Source: Vermamoeba vermiformis (lineage: Eukaryota). From it: DNA of 64,000 nucleotides. Positions within the stretch are counted from its first letter, which is position 1, and the number at the start of each line of letters is the position of its first letter. The stretch lies in contig JBEWZL010000244.1 of the NCBI GenBank assembly GCA_045837725.1, positions 62,001 through 126,000 on the forward strand, written 5' to 3'. Shown in pieces: positions 23,921 to 35,838 of the stretch. Below the pieces are notes generated by a model. It saw only the letters and a list, made by a program, of their open reading frames with translations. It made no database searches and was not told the origin of the DNA. The position numbers and the translations under genes are program-made.

Positions 23921-24255
23921 TCATAAAGATAGGAACCAACTTTATAGTGCTTGAGGCTCTTCAAGACAAAGCCTAAAAGGGATGGAACACGAATGAAGAT
24001 CCGGCTGATCCTGGGCCTGCTAAGATCTCGGTAGCTACCAGTGCGATGAAGCACAAACGGTACTTGACCAAAGATATTACTCGACTCACGTCACAGGTGC
24101 ACCTATATCACTAAGTCTTCTTAAGCACCCACTGCGCTGACGCCAAGAACCTCTGAACTCGGAGACCGTGCCTTGGTCGTTAGGCTACAAGCATACTGGG
24201 CAAATGATAGCTCCACCGACACCCAAGCATATAAATAGTCTCACCTTCTTTATGA
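23921..24255 (-). ncRNA. Candidate structured non-coding RNA, class unassigned
   Basis: GC-richer intergenic island closed by a ~30-bp interrupted 5'/3' helix with several internal hairpins; imperfect pairs are G-U on the minus strand. Confidence 0.5.
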
Positions 24256-24518
24256 TTCTATTAAAAGGCTATATTTGGCGAAAATATAAACGAAATTAAC
24301 TCGTGGCAACTATCACCTCATGTAATGTTTAACGGAACAGAACTAATTAGGAAACTTTAAGAGCAGCTTGGATAAGCCATATAACTACGATATAGTGTCT
24401 CTTTACCATATTGTAAGCACTATTTACTGATTTTGTTTAGATAATATTGAGAATTCTGTACATCCAGATCCACTACTGGTTCATGATATTAGCGCCCTAT
24501 TAAAGACATTAGGCACCG

Positions 24519-25762
24519 TTACTGCATTAAATCATCCCCTCTTACGACTGGTATCGGGTTCTTCGTTGCAATATAAATATAATGAACATCGTTCGGCTTT
24601 TCTTTGTCTAATTCCGCGTATGCCTTAGCTGTACAATAACAGCAATGTTAAACAGCTGAAACAACTTTGCCACGGTTGTAATGTGTCAGCACGTACCAAC
24701 TGTTTCTATTTCAACTTTCCAGCCCAGCTTGGCCTCTTGAAAATGACTCAGTCTGGAATCTGGAGAGCCGTACGTAATGACGATATAAACACCTCCAGGC
24801 TTCAATGTCCTATAGTTGAATAGTATAAATATAATGTATTAAATGAGACCCGAAGTGGCCACGTAGGGCAAGGTGGCCAAATATAGAACACAAATTCAAT
24901 AGGCGCAGCAAATCTTCGTTAGATACGCACCTATAAATTTCTTGAAACATTTTCTTAATATTATCTATCGAGTTGTCCCCGCACTATAAGGCATAATGAA
25001 CCGTTAGTGAGTCCGTAGGATAATTAATTTAAAATTTGCCAAAGTGTACTAACCAGAACCGCATCCATAGTTGCTAAATGAGTAAAACTAGCGTTAGATG
25101 ATGCACTGCCCATACTTAAGTGTATTTTACTTGCCTTTGTCAATTATAGCGTCGAATTCTCCGTCTCTGAAGTCCATCTTCATGACATCCATTGTTCGAT
25201 CTGACATAAAAGATTTATATCAATTTTTGTAATGACCGATTGTACTTTTATGCCATTTAATTAATAAATTGAATGAATCTTGCTTGTTGATTTAACTTAC
25301 ACGTCAGATGCGGGTTATTACGATGTTTTTCATTCATGGCTGCAATAACGACATTTGATATATCAATATTAACTATGCGTTGAAAGGAATCATTTGCCAT
25401 CTCCTCAGACATTCCTGAAATATTTTGAAATTAAACTCGAAATTTAATAAATATCTATCTCGATCCAGCTTACTTGAATTGCCGCAGCCAACCATTAAAA
25501 TATTTTCATTAGGTCTAATGTACCTCCTTACAATTCCTTTTAAATTTTCGTAGCGCTGGTACCAGTCGAAAGGCTCTGGATCTCTGAAAAAAATATCAAT
25601 TAGCCGTTAGTGCTCATCGACAATCTAATAAAGCAATAGTAGCAAATATTAGCATTATTGTACGTCGCTTAGCATATTTATCCTCCGATTAATTGCGGCA
25701 CAACGCATTACTTACCTCGTGTAACGCTCATCCCAATATTCCGGTTTGCCGTATTGTGCCAT
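24519..25762 (-). CDS. SAM-dependent methyltransferase, EEF1AKMT4/METTL13-N-like
   Basis: YGKPEYWDERY, FDWYQRY, ILMVGCGNS, NIDIS, IIDKATMDA, LKPGGVYI; one GC-AG intron (25074-25134). Confidence 0.88.
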
Positions 25763-26305
25763 TGTGGCGATAGTCTATACAGCTCTGTGGTATATTAAAC
25801 TGCTCAAGTATAAGAAAGAGAACCGAAAGCGCGATTAAATATTGCCCAAATTACGCGGGAGATTAACGCGAGCTCACTTTACTAAAATAGCTACGAATTC
25901 ATCTTGTTGGTAAAGACCTCCCTTAATACTGACCAATACGAAGTTGGATCATTTCTTTATAATCAAGTAATGTGACTGTAAGAAGCGCATTTAAACACAA
26001 GTTTCAACCCCATCCACAACTAGCACTTGGTTGGGATGAGGTCTAGTATTTATTGTACAGGAGGGCAATTATTTACATTAGTTACAAAAATTATTCTGGG
26101 TCTCGATCTCGCAGAGCCAAAAATTCGTTCGATCCCGAATGGAATCCAACGATACTCGCAGTAACCGAGAAGAGAAGCAAAAGAGCGCTGCTCCTCATGC
26201 AAAGCATCCAAGTACTGGAGTGCTCAACTGTAACTAGTATTTAGCTTGCAAATCGCCCGACCTGAAGTTAATATTTCGTCTTTTTGACGAACCAATAACT
26301 CAGGC

Positions 26306-28068
26306 CTATGAGCGTTGAGCAAAAGCAAATACATAGTTCTTTGTGTGGGTCACTGCGTTGGCAGCTTCGATTTCCTGGGCAACAGTGGTGTATCCATAAC
26401 CGTTGTGACGTTCCGCATCTTGAATCTTGAACAAGTGACGAGAACCGGTTGATCTTTCCAAAAAGTACATTTCCGAGTATGCCTGAGCATAGTGCATACC
26501 AGTGGCAAATGATTTGAAGTCGCGCATGCCGCATAAGCATTCGCGAATGTCCTTGACAAGATCCAGACAGTAGGGCTCATTAGCAGAGACAGACTGCTGT
26601 ATCCTTTCAATGAGCTTATAGAGTTTCAGTTGAGCCTGTTTAAGACACGGAGTTAATTCATTGAATTCTCCTTTGTTTAAAGATCCGCAACTGACCTCGT
26701 TGTAGTTCTCTTGCTTAGCAAGCTCGATAGCTTCGTTTATCGTGGTTGCAGCAAAGTAACGGTTAATGTGCTGGTCGAGGATAAGAGGAATGTTCTCTTG
26801 AAGAGGGACGACGGTACGGGTAATGGCTAGGGAAGTTTCAATCTGTTCGACTTGGTTGGTAAGGGCATTGACGTATTGTACACCTATTTTCATCAGCTCG
26901 TGACGGGAGAGGGGTTGAGGCATACTCCTAATTATTAAGAGGATGTTAGGAATGTTCAACGAACATTGAAATTACGATGAACTCATTCTTTGAATCCGTC
27001 GGTTAAATAACGTACCTTAAAGAGATGCGGCACAATAAAGACTTGGACTCTCCTTGGAAGAGCGAGCCTTGTTGTACATCGTAGTCTTTAGCCGCCTTGA
27101 GTTCATTGATTGGATAGGGAGTGGCTAGTGCGACGACTCGCGCGCCATCTTGAGCTCGCAAGAAAACTTTAATGCTGTGGGCGTGAGTTGACAAAACTCC
27201 AGCCAGGCACTCTCCAAATGTAGCAGCAATTGCTTCAGGCGTTTGAACGTAGTAATAGGTACCCTAAAATTAAGAATTCTTAGCTTCTGCGGACGTTGAG
27301 ATAACGGAAGGAAAAAAAAATCCGAGATTCGAATCTAATGAATCTAAAGACTCGCTAATTTGCAGTATTTTAACTTGTACATACCTGTGCTCGCATAGCA
27401 ATACTATTAAGGAGTCTAGAATCATGGTCCTCACCATAACCGAAAGTGTTGATCACGCAGCCGTGAGGAAGTCCAGTCTCTTGTAAGACTTCAAAAGTGC
27501 TCTTAGTAGCTCCGCCGCGGTTGGAAAGACCATCAGTGAATAACATGATTGTAGAGAGTCTTGATTGTTCGTGAGAAGGTCTTCGCTGAAGGATATCTAT
27601 GCCACGGAGTAAAGCTTCAGCCATGTTTGTGGAACCAGAAGCTTCCAGAGCAGTGAGAATGTCCAAAATTCGTTGCTTATTTTCGTTGGTCATGGCTGCC
27701 AATTCGACAAGTGTTTGGACATTATGATTGAAGACAATAAGCGTGAATCGGTGGTTCTCTGTCAGCTTGATCAATAGGTATTGAATGGTAGCCTTGACAT
27801 AAGCCAATTTGCATTCTAAGTTCATGCTCGCACTGATGTCGATTATAACTACAAAGTCCACAGAAAGACCAGTGCCAAGTAGAGCAGATTGAGATTTTAG
27901 ACTGATCAAAGCCCAGAAGTTGTGAACTGAGTTGTATGTGAATGTCTGGCGCTCCAAAAACGTATCCATAGACAATACGGGCTGCGCTGGCCTGGGCCAG
28001 GCACCCGAGGAGTGCATAAGGTTCGCGTGAGCATTCGCATCGGTCATCATCAAATCTACTGTTGACAT
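26306..28068 (-). CDS. von Willebrand factor A domain protein
   Basis: MIDAS DISAS, GSTNM, MLFTDG, INTFGYGEDHD, AATFGECLAGVLS; helical C-terminal extension. Confidence 0.88.
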
Positions 28069-28539
28069 GATTTTGTGTTATATTTGTTAGCTGAGTGTAT
28101 ATTTTAGAGTTTAGCTGAAATGGGGTACATAGTTGGGTTGAAAGGGGGGGGAAGTTTGGTTGAAATGTGGTAGGTGTGTTGTGCTTTGAGAAATTCGTAA
28201 AATAAAAACAGCGCAAAAAATTGCTTTTGTTGTTTTTCCTCAGAGTTGGAAATTTCTATTTTTTGACGGAACGTTATTGGTCAGAAAATTTATCAACTTT
28301 AATTCGCTATGTAAATTTCCTTCAATCGCGGTAAAAAACAAGAAACCTCAGCTTAGGAGATGACCTTAATAATTCCTGCCCATTAGGTGACGACAACTGA
28401 CCTATTTTTTGTCATGCCATACAATTTTTTGTCATAAACAGCTTATTCCAGAACATAACAGAATATTCCTACCATCCTTCTGCGCGGGGTTTTAGGATTC
28501 GTGAACTGACGTACAGTCTTTCAAACAACAATTTTTGTC

Positions 28540-30118
28540 ATGGACACCAACGTCGTTGATAGTGTAGTTCGCAATGCGATGTCTCATCCTCGATTCCAAC
28601 TCCGTTCCATGCAACGAGACGAGATCGAACCAACAGATGAAGAGAAATACGAAACGTTAAAAAATTTATTAGATAAAGACCCTGCAATATTTTTAGGTAA
28701 GGGATTACTGGCCAGCTTCTCAAAATTAGAAAAATAATTTAAAAATTAAAAATAATTTGTCTTCTCTTGTTAATAACGCAATTATTGATATTATCGTATG
28801 CATAGAGCGTTACGGTCCATTTCTTGGCGGAAAGAGTCTTCTCGAATTTAAACGTATCAACAGTAAGTCTTTCGTGTATTTATGTGTGACACGTAGTTAA
28901 CAATAATTTTAGACAATTACGAGGTCGATTGGTACGTGAACAACCTTCAGCAGAAGTTAGACCCGGCCATCAAGAAAGAACAAGAACAAGTACGTCGGAA
29001 TCGGCGGTACACCTATTTAGCTCAGTTACTAAAAACTGACTACTTTAGCGAAGAAAATATGCGGTTAAGAGAGCCTAACGTGAGTTCTTTAATGCTCTAT
29101 ATTCATACATGTGGTATATACTGTTACTTACTATTATTATAGCTTTACCACCATTATATTGGTCAGTACAAAGACGAAGAATTCTCCGAGGATCTTCCAC
29201 TCTCAGAAAAGTTGTTGAGAAATATGGATTATAGCGAATCAGTTGATAAGCGAGTTCAACAACGAATGAATGAAGATTCAGAAAGCGATAGCGATGAAAT
29301 GGAAGAAGATGGACCAGATCCCGAATCCATGAACACGGATGACTTTCCGGAGGATTATGAGGAGATTAGGAGACGAGTTTTACGCGCTAGAGAGAAGTCT
29401 CAGAGAGTAATGAACAATATGAGGAACAAATATAATCCCGAGGCTGGTAAAACTGCACAAACCGAACCGGCATCCGAAAGCGAAGTTGAAGGTACGAAAA
29501 CTTTTTCTATCCTTTTTCCTAGAATACGTTATTATCATTTATAGCATGTGGTAATAAGAGAATATCCTACGGACAATTAACGGAGTGTTTTTCATTCCGG
29601 TCCGTGCGGAAAGGCTACATCCGAAAACAAAAGTGAATTCATTAGTTAATTCTCCTAGTTTTAAGTTAATTCGATCTTACGTTCATTTTACGACATTGGC
29701 GAGTTCAGTACTGTCGCTGTGATGTTCATAGAACACCTGGTTAATTTCACAGAATTCATCAGTTTCGTTCATGAATTCAATGATTTTGTCCGGTGTGCGC
29801 CATGAATTCTAAATCAGTTCATAATTTATCCGAACAACCTTTGCGAGCATTCACTAATGTTTTCATGCAGATCCGTCGCGCGATCAGAGCGTTAGTGAAG
29901 AACCGATAAACAACAAATCCCGTGTTAAAAAAGAGTACGCGAATGAACAGGACAAGGAGGATAAAGAACGAGAGTTTTTGGATATTATGACAGAGAGATT
30001 TGTGAATGGTGAAGACACTGAATTTTTCAATTACGGAGAAGTTGATAACAATCCTTTGTACGACGACGTGGATCAGATGCAACGCGATTACGAAGAGCGT
30101 TATTTTGACGAAGACTAA
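28540..30118 (+). CDS. CCDC97: Coiled-coil domain-containing protein 97 (DUF2052)
   Basis: DPAIFLERYG, RNRRY...YFSEENMRLREP, C-terminal ERFVNGEDTEFFNYGEVDNN...YEERYFDED. Confidence 0.88.
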
Positions 30119-30280
30119 GGAAATGTTTAATATGAGACCTTAGCGTTAACCCTTGTTAATAGTGCGATATTTTGTTAATAATGTAAATACGATGATTTTT
30201 GTGAATGTTGTTGGATCTGTTCAATGAATTGCTCTATCTTTTTTACTTTTATAGTATTATATTATTGTAACATTAAGGCC

Positions 30281-32021
30281 TTATTGACTTGCAGTTTGTG
30301 AAGCGACAGGCTTTTCAGCAAAGAATTGTTTTGAGTCAGCGCAGTGTTCGTTCTCGCAGCCCGGGCAACGCAATCTGAATTGAGTGCTAGAAGTCTTATT
30401 TGAAGCTAGGTGTTTGTGCACGACATCGGCCATAGCATCGATGAACAACGGATCCGTGTTGAGCGACTCAGATCTGTGCATGGTAATGCCGAGCTTGATT
30501 CGCATAGTTAGTAACTATCGCATATTGTCAGTATAATAATTTTTACCTTATGAGCGACTTCTTTGTATTCAATGTCGATCTCAAAAAGTGTTTCAATGTG
30601 ATCTGAAGTGAAAGCAATAGGCACCAACAGCACGTGTTTGTTGCCCTTTGCAGCAAGTCCAGGAAGAGCTTGTGAGACTTGAGGACCTAACCAGGGCAAG
30701 GGACCGACTTTAGATTGCCAAATAAGGCGATACGGGTTTTGGTGGTTCAGTTCGTGCATTACTGCTTGGACTGTAGCAGCGACTTCTTGAGGGTACGGAT
30801 CTCCTCTATCAACGACGTAGATAGGAATACTATACGTAGAATATCACATTAGTAAGCTCGGAAAATCATATTTTGAAATGGTTACTTACGAATGAGCGCT
30901 GAACAACAAGACGACCTTGTCACGATCCGCAGGGTCAAACTTATTCAACGCAGCTTCAATCTTTTTTGCGACTGCTTTGACGAAGAGAGGATTGGTGCCC
31001 CAACGATCGATAACTGACCAACGGATGTTGGGATCATTTGCAAGTTCCTAAAAGTTCATGTTAGCACATCCACGCTAACTTTCGTGACACGTGCCAAGTG
31101 CTCACTTTGACACATTATAGTACCATTATGAGGGGTCTGTATTTACCTTATTAGCGTTCAATTGTCTGTAGAGTTCGTTCATGCTCGAGCCAGTGGTGGT
31201 GCACGAGTACTGCGGGTACTGTGTGAATGCTACAACACGGCTAGGTCGGTCACGTGACAACTGTTCCAATGTATGTTCGGTCAATGGTGACGCGTATCTG
31301 AACGCAATGTACCACTTGTGAGGAGCTGTTTCAGGCGACATTTGATCTAATTTTTTAACGAGGAGCTCGGCTTGCGCTTCGGTCCATTTTCTAATCGGAG
31401 ATCCTCCGCCGATCAGCTGGTATTGTTTTTGAACTTTCGGAGTGCGGCGACGAGCGATATATTGACTTGCGTATTTTTGATAAGGAAGCTTAATAATCTC
31501 TCTGCAAAGAAGTAAAAATAAGTAACGTGCTAATTATAGCGTTAATTTTCAATTTTAAGGATGGTTTGGGATCGAGACGGATCTCGCGAGCAACTTTGAA
31601 TTGGGAATTTGTAATTTACAGGTAGCAAATATTACTATAATTAGTGAATAATTTTATGGTGCCTAGAACAGGGCGTAGAGAGTGCCGGATCTACGAAAGA
31701 TTTTTTACCTGTCAGAAAAAAGTCGCAGCAAAAATGGAAATACTTCTTCTTGGTGCGCGGGACCGCCTAAATTTAGCAAAACAATACCAGTGCCTCGTTT
31801 CCTAAATAAATAAAAAATATTAATTTCATAAATAAAAAAACGGAGAAAAATTCTACAGTTAATTATAAAGGACTACGTTGTATTGCTTACGCATTAGCTT
31901 CATTGGCATACAATCTAGCTTGAGTAGAAAATCCTCCGAGCGTTGGGAAAATAGATTTAGTAACGGCTTGCTTTTTGTTAGGCAATGCGCTAATTAGCTT
32001 TGAGAATTGAGTTCGCAACAT
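30281..32021 (-). CDS. FECH: Mitochondrial ferrochelatase, [2Fe-2S] type
   Basis: Basic presequence; [53 protein letters not shown]-terminal CPGCENEHC. Confidence 0.95.
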
Positions 32022-32358
32022 GATATCTGTTGTATAATAGAGCTGCTAAAACAAAAAACAAAGCAAGCAGTTAACAAGTGACGTCACGTGAGCCTCGGGG
32101 TTTTTATGTTCCCTAATTTAGAAGGAGGATCCAGATCTTGCATGTACGCGAAAGACAATATTCCAATACAATAAAGAGTCTAAGCGTTGTCTATGACCGA
32201 TTTCATAACGGGGAGGCGCAACTTTAGAACTTTCGAGAGAAGAATTTTCCTCTTTTCAAAGAAGCACGTGACGCAGAGCTAGGAAAACTATTTGTACCAA
32301 CAGAGCCAAAGAAAAGATCTTTCTGTACCAAAAGTACTTACTACAATAACGAAGAAGA

Positions 32359-33303
32359 ATGTCTCTTAAAGGAAGAGTAGCGCTGATCACTGGAGGAGCT
32401 CGCGGCATCGGAGCTGGCATTGTCGAAATGTTCGCTAAAGAAGGTGCAGATGTATACTTCACTTATTTGAATAATGAAGATGCTGCTAATAAGGTAAAGG
32501 TTTTACACCTTCAGCTATTTTCCCCTAGTAAAAAGTTATTTCGCATTTATTTTCATTTCATCTGTTCTGATCTCCGTTAAAACGTGCATTTAGACCCTCG
32601 AATTGGCCCGATCTTATGGCGGCAGAGTATCTTGCATCAAAAACGACGTGTCCGATCTTTCTACGCACAAAGATCTGGTCAGTAAAGTCCTAGCTGAATT
32701 TGGACGGATCGATGTTCTCGTCAACAACGCTGCCTATGTTAGCATTGCACAATATGACGACATCACCGAAGAAGAGTGGGACAAAGCCGTTAATACTAAC
32801 TCTAAGGTAAAAAACTGGTTGCACATCCGCAGATCTAACGCGAATTTTTTATAGGGCCCTTTCTTTTTGATCAAAACAGTGGTGCCGCACCTGGCACCAG
32901 GCAGTGCCATTATCAACCTCAGCAGTTCGGGAACTAAGACTCAAAAACAATTCCCTGCGTACATCTGCAGCAAGATGGCTCTCGAGGGCATTACGGTTTC
33001 AACGGCTGTAACGCTCGCGCATAAAGGCATCACGGTCAATACCATCTCGCCTGGATTCACCGAGTGTGATTTGTTGACGTACGCAGGAGAGAAGTGGCTC
33101 AATATTGCTAAAGAGGCGTCTCCTTTGAAGCGAATCGGTAAGCAAGCCAAATTTCAAAGTCATCAGCTGATCTGACCTAAATATTGCCAGGAAAACCTTC
33201 GGACATAGCAAATTTGTGCGTTTTCTTGGCCAATCCTGAGAAAGGAGGCTGGATTGTCGGCAAAAATATTGGCTCTGACGGCGGTTTAGTGATTTTGAAT
33301 TAG
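32359..33303 (+). CDS. Classical short-chain dehydrogenase/reductase (FabG-like)
   Basis: TGGARGIG, VNNA, Y-x3-K (YICSK), VNTISPG, terminal DGG. Confidence 0.92.
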
Positions 33304-33390
33304 ATAATCGCGACTCGAAGCTAAATCCGCTAAACGAGGAATTTTTTCCCTTTGTTGTTACCTAAGGACATAATAAAGTCTTTATTGATA

Positions 33391-35669
33391 TTATAATACA
33401 CCGTCTGAAATAATTTTCAAGCCACGCTTCTTCTGTCTTAGGCGCATTACAAGTTGCTGATCCAGGCTTACATCAAAAACATAGCCGTAGCCTTCTAAAT
33501 AAGTAAGATTCATATGCTCGTAAATAAGGTCAAATAACTTGGGCACTTTTTTGGTCAAATTAAAGCAGTTGTTGATTTTCAGCGTTTGCAAGTTCGGACT
33601 ATTTTCAACGGCGTACAAAATCATTTCAGCCCTAGAAATTACAAGAAAAACAATTAATCATAATCGTCACATAATCCACGACATTATATGAGCATAGTAT
33701 CAAACGGTGTAAGAAATATTAAGCACAAAAGCTGATTGAGATCCAACCCGATCGGATGTGGTACTTTCATAGTATTGTGTTAGAATATACCGACGTACCA
33801 AGGTCTACTATCTTGACCTCCAGACATGTCCAAATAAGTCAATGAGTTGCCAATCGCCAGCAAAGTCTTTTGGATGTCACAAAGGCGCCAGTCATACGCC
33901 GGTTTGATGGTCAGTGACTTGACGCGCAATGAATCAATTGAGCGAATGATGTTCAGTGATGTCTCAGAGAGGTCGAGCTTGGTCTATATAAGGACGGTTC
34001 ATTAGCTCCAGTCGTCTCGTGTTCACGCAAATGCTCATGCGACACAAGCACTCAGTTCTAATTTCTGTTTTGACACTTCGTTTGACAGGTGTCAAACCGC
34101 TTGCAAATTAACTTCGAGATCAATATTCATAATGATTGAAAGAGCCGTAGCGCTCTCGCATGGTGCCATTACCAAATATTTTTCGTGTCAAACGACAGTA
34201 CCACATGGAAGTCTCGTTTAGATCGCACTTACCAAATTAGGCATTGACTGAATTGATTTTATGATATTCGCTTCGAGAGTCAGATTAGCAGGTGCAACGG
34301 GGAATTTGGGAATAATTAACGTGTTGAGCGAGGGAATGATAGGAAGCCTAATACTATTGAATTGGTGAGTAAAATAAGACACCAAACGTATACTATGTGG
34401 TGTAATAATAATAAACAATATAGTTCGTACGCGTCGTAAGATGTGAAGCGAGGGTTACTGAGATCCAACTCCGTCAAGTTGTGCAGACCTTCGAGCATCG
34501 AAATATCACTCAAGCTCATTGACTTGAGACCTATAATAGTACAACATAGTTAAAAATCAAAATCTCATCAGTCAGTCGGAAAAAAAAAGTGGTCAGATCC
34601 ACCCTCGATAAGTTGATGTTTTCAAACCTGTATCAAATATTCTTATAATATTATAGGACTTACAAAGCTTATGGAGTCGCGGGGCATATTGTACAATGTG
34701 TTTCAGTCCTTCAGCGCTGATTCGAGTGTGCGCAAGGTTCAGTTCAGTCAACGTTGCGAACTTGTCAGTAAAGTGCATAATTCCTTCGTCTGTAATGTTG
34801 CGACAGCTAGCGATATCTATGCATATGGTAATGTTAGCCTAGTACTATACAGTAATATGACTATTGTATGGTTTAAGTGTAATGATTATGACGGGCAATG
34901 TCGTTTTCGACTCGTGTCGCAAACTTTAAAAATTCGATTTTGAGCACATTTTGAAATTTATAATCTAACGATATTATTAAGTAATAGTATATGTAATTAT
35001 TATCACTATAGTATCGAGGCCGCATTGAGTAAGGAGGGTTGAAGGTTTTGAAGACTTACTCAGTAAAGCCATTGTCGAGCAGTACTTATTCAAATGAATG
35101 AGTGTTTCGTTATGTATTTGTTCGCAAATAGCGAAATTCCAATTAGATTTCACTGGAGCAAACTTTGAAATGACTTCGAGGGCGAGATCGTCGGTTACTT
35201 CATAGCGTTTGAGCCCCATGTCCATATAGGCCTCCCAAAACTTGTCATAGTCGTAGGCAATCTCGCGAGCTCTATGTAGAAGGTAAAATGATTATTGAAA
35301 GTCCGTAAAGTCGTCTTTAATTGCCGATCGAATTTTGAATTTTGATTTAGGCTTAATATTAAGCTTACTTTTTGCAGGATCGACTTAATACAGCTAATTC
35401 TTTAGCTTGTAATAAAGAAAATATTTCTAGAGTAATTTCTGGAGGCAAGAGTCCGAGTAAAGATGAGCTGTTATTCCAGTCGTTTGGATCTGGATGAGAA
35501 ATTCGGCAAATATTAGCAAATATTATTTGAATAATATAAGATCTAATAATTTACCATCTGAAGGTCTTAAATAATTTGGATCCGGATCAAATCGTTTTTG
35601 TCGCTTGTGGGTCGTTGTTGTAACAGTTTGTTTATCGCCAATATTGCCGCTATTATTCGTATTGCCCAT
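33391..35669 (-). CDS. F-box/leucine-rich-repeat protein
   Basis: F-box LPPEITLEIFSLLQAKELAVLSRSCK; LRRs LTELNLAHTRIS, LTELDLSN, LQTLKINNC. Confidence 0.85.
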
Positions 35670-35838
35670 TGTAGTCTTGTTGCGCTTGTTAAAAAATGAA
35701 ATGCGGACCGTTACAAAAAAAAAATTAGACGAATTAAAAAGCAACATTCATTTAGCCAATTTTCAATTTCTTCAATCTTGTTGGCGCACGTTTTGATTTT
35801 TTTATTTTGTGCGATTAAAAAGGATCGAATTTACAATT

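Noticed and set aside
23921-24255. Assigning the structured island to telomerase RNA, SRP RNA, RNase P/MRP or U3
   Set aside because: Only partial matches (CCTAAC, GGCCCAGG); hallmark motifs are missing, so it is left unassigned.
29545-29631. Possible cassette exon in the CCDC97 intron
   Set aside because: Weak donor, frame-incompatible and no homology; not supportable without transcripts.
29700-29770. CUGAUGA...GAAA hammerhead-like core and C/D-box-like pair on the minus strand of the long CCDC97 intron
   Set aside because: No convincing stems I and III; antisense to the host gene, which is atypical for an intronic snoRNA.
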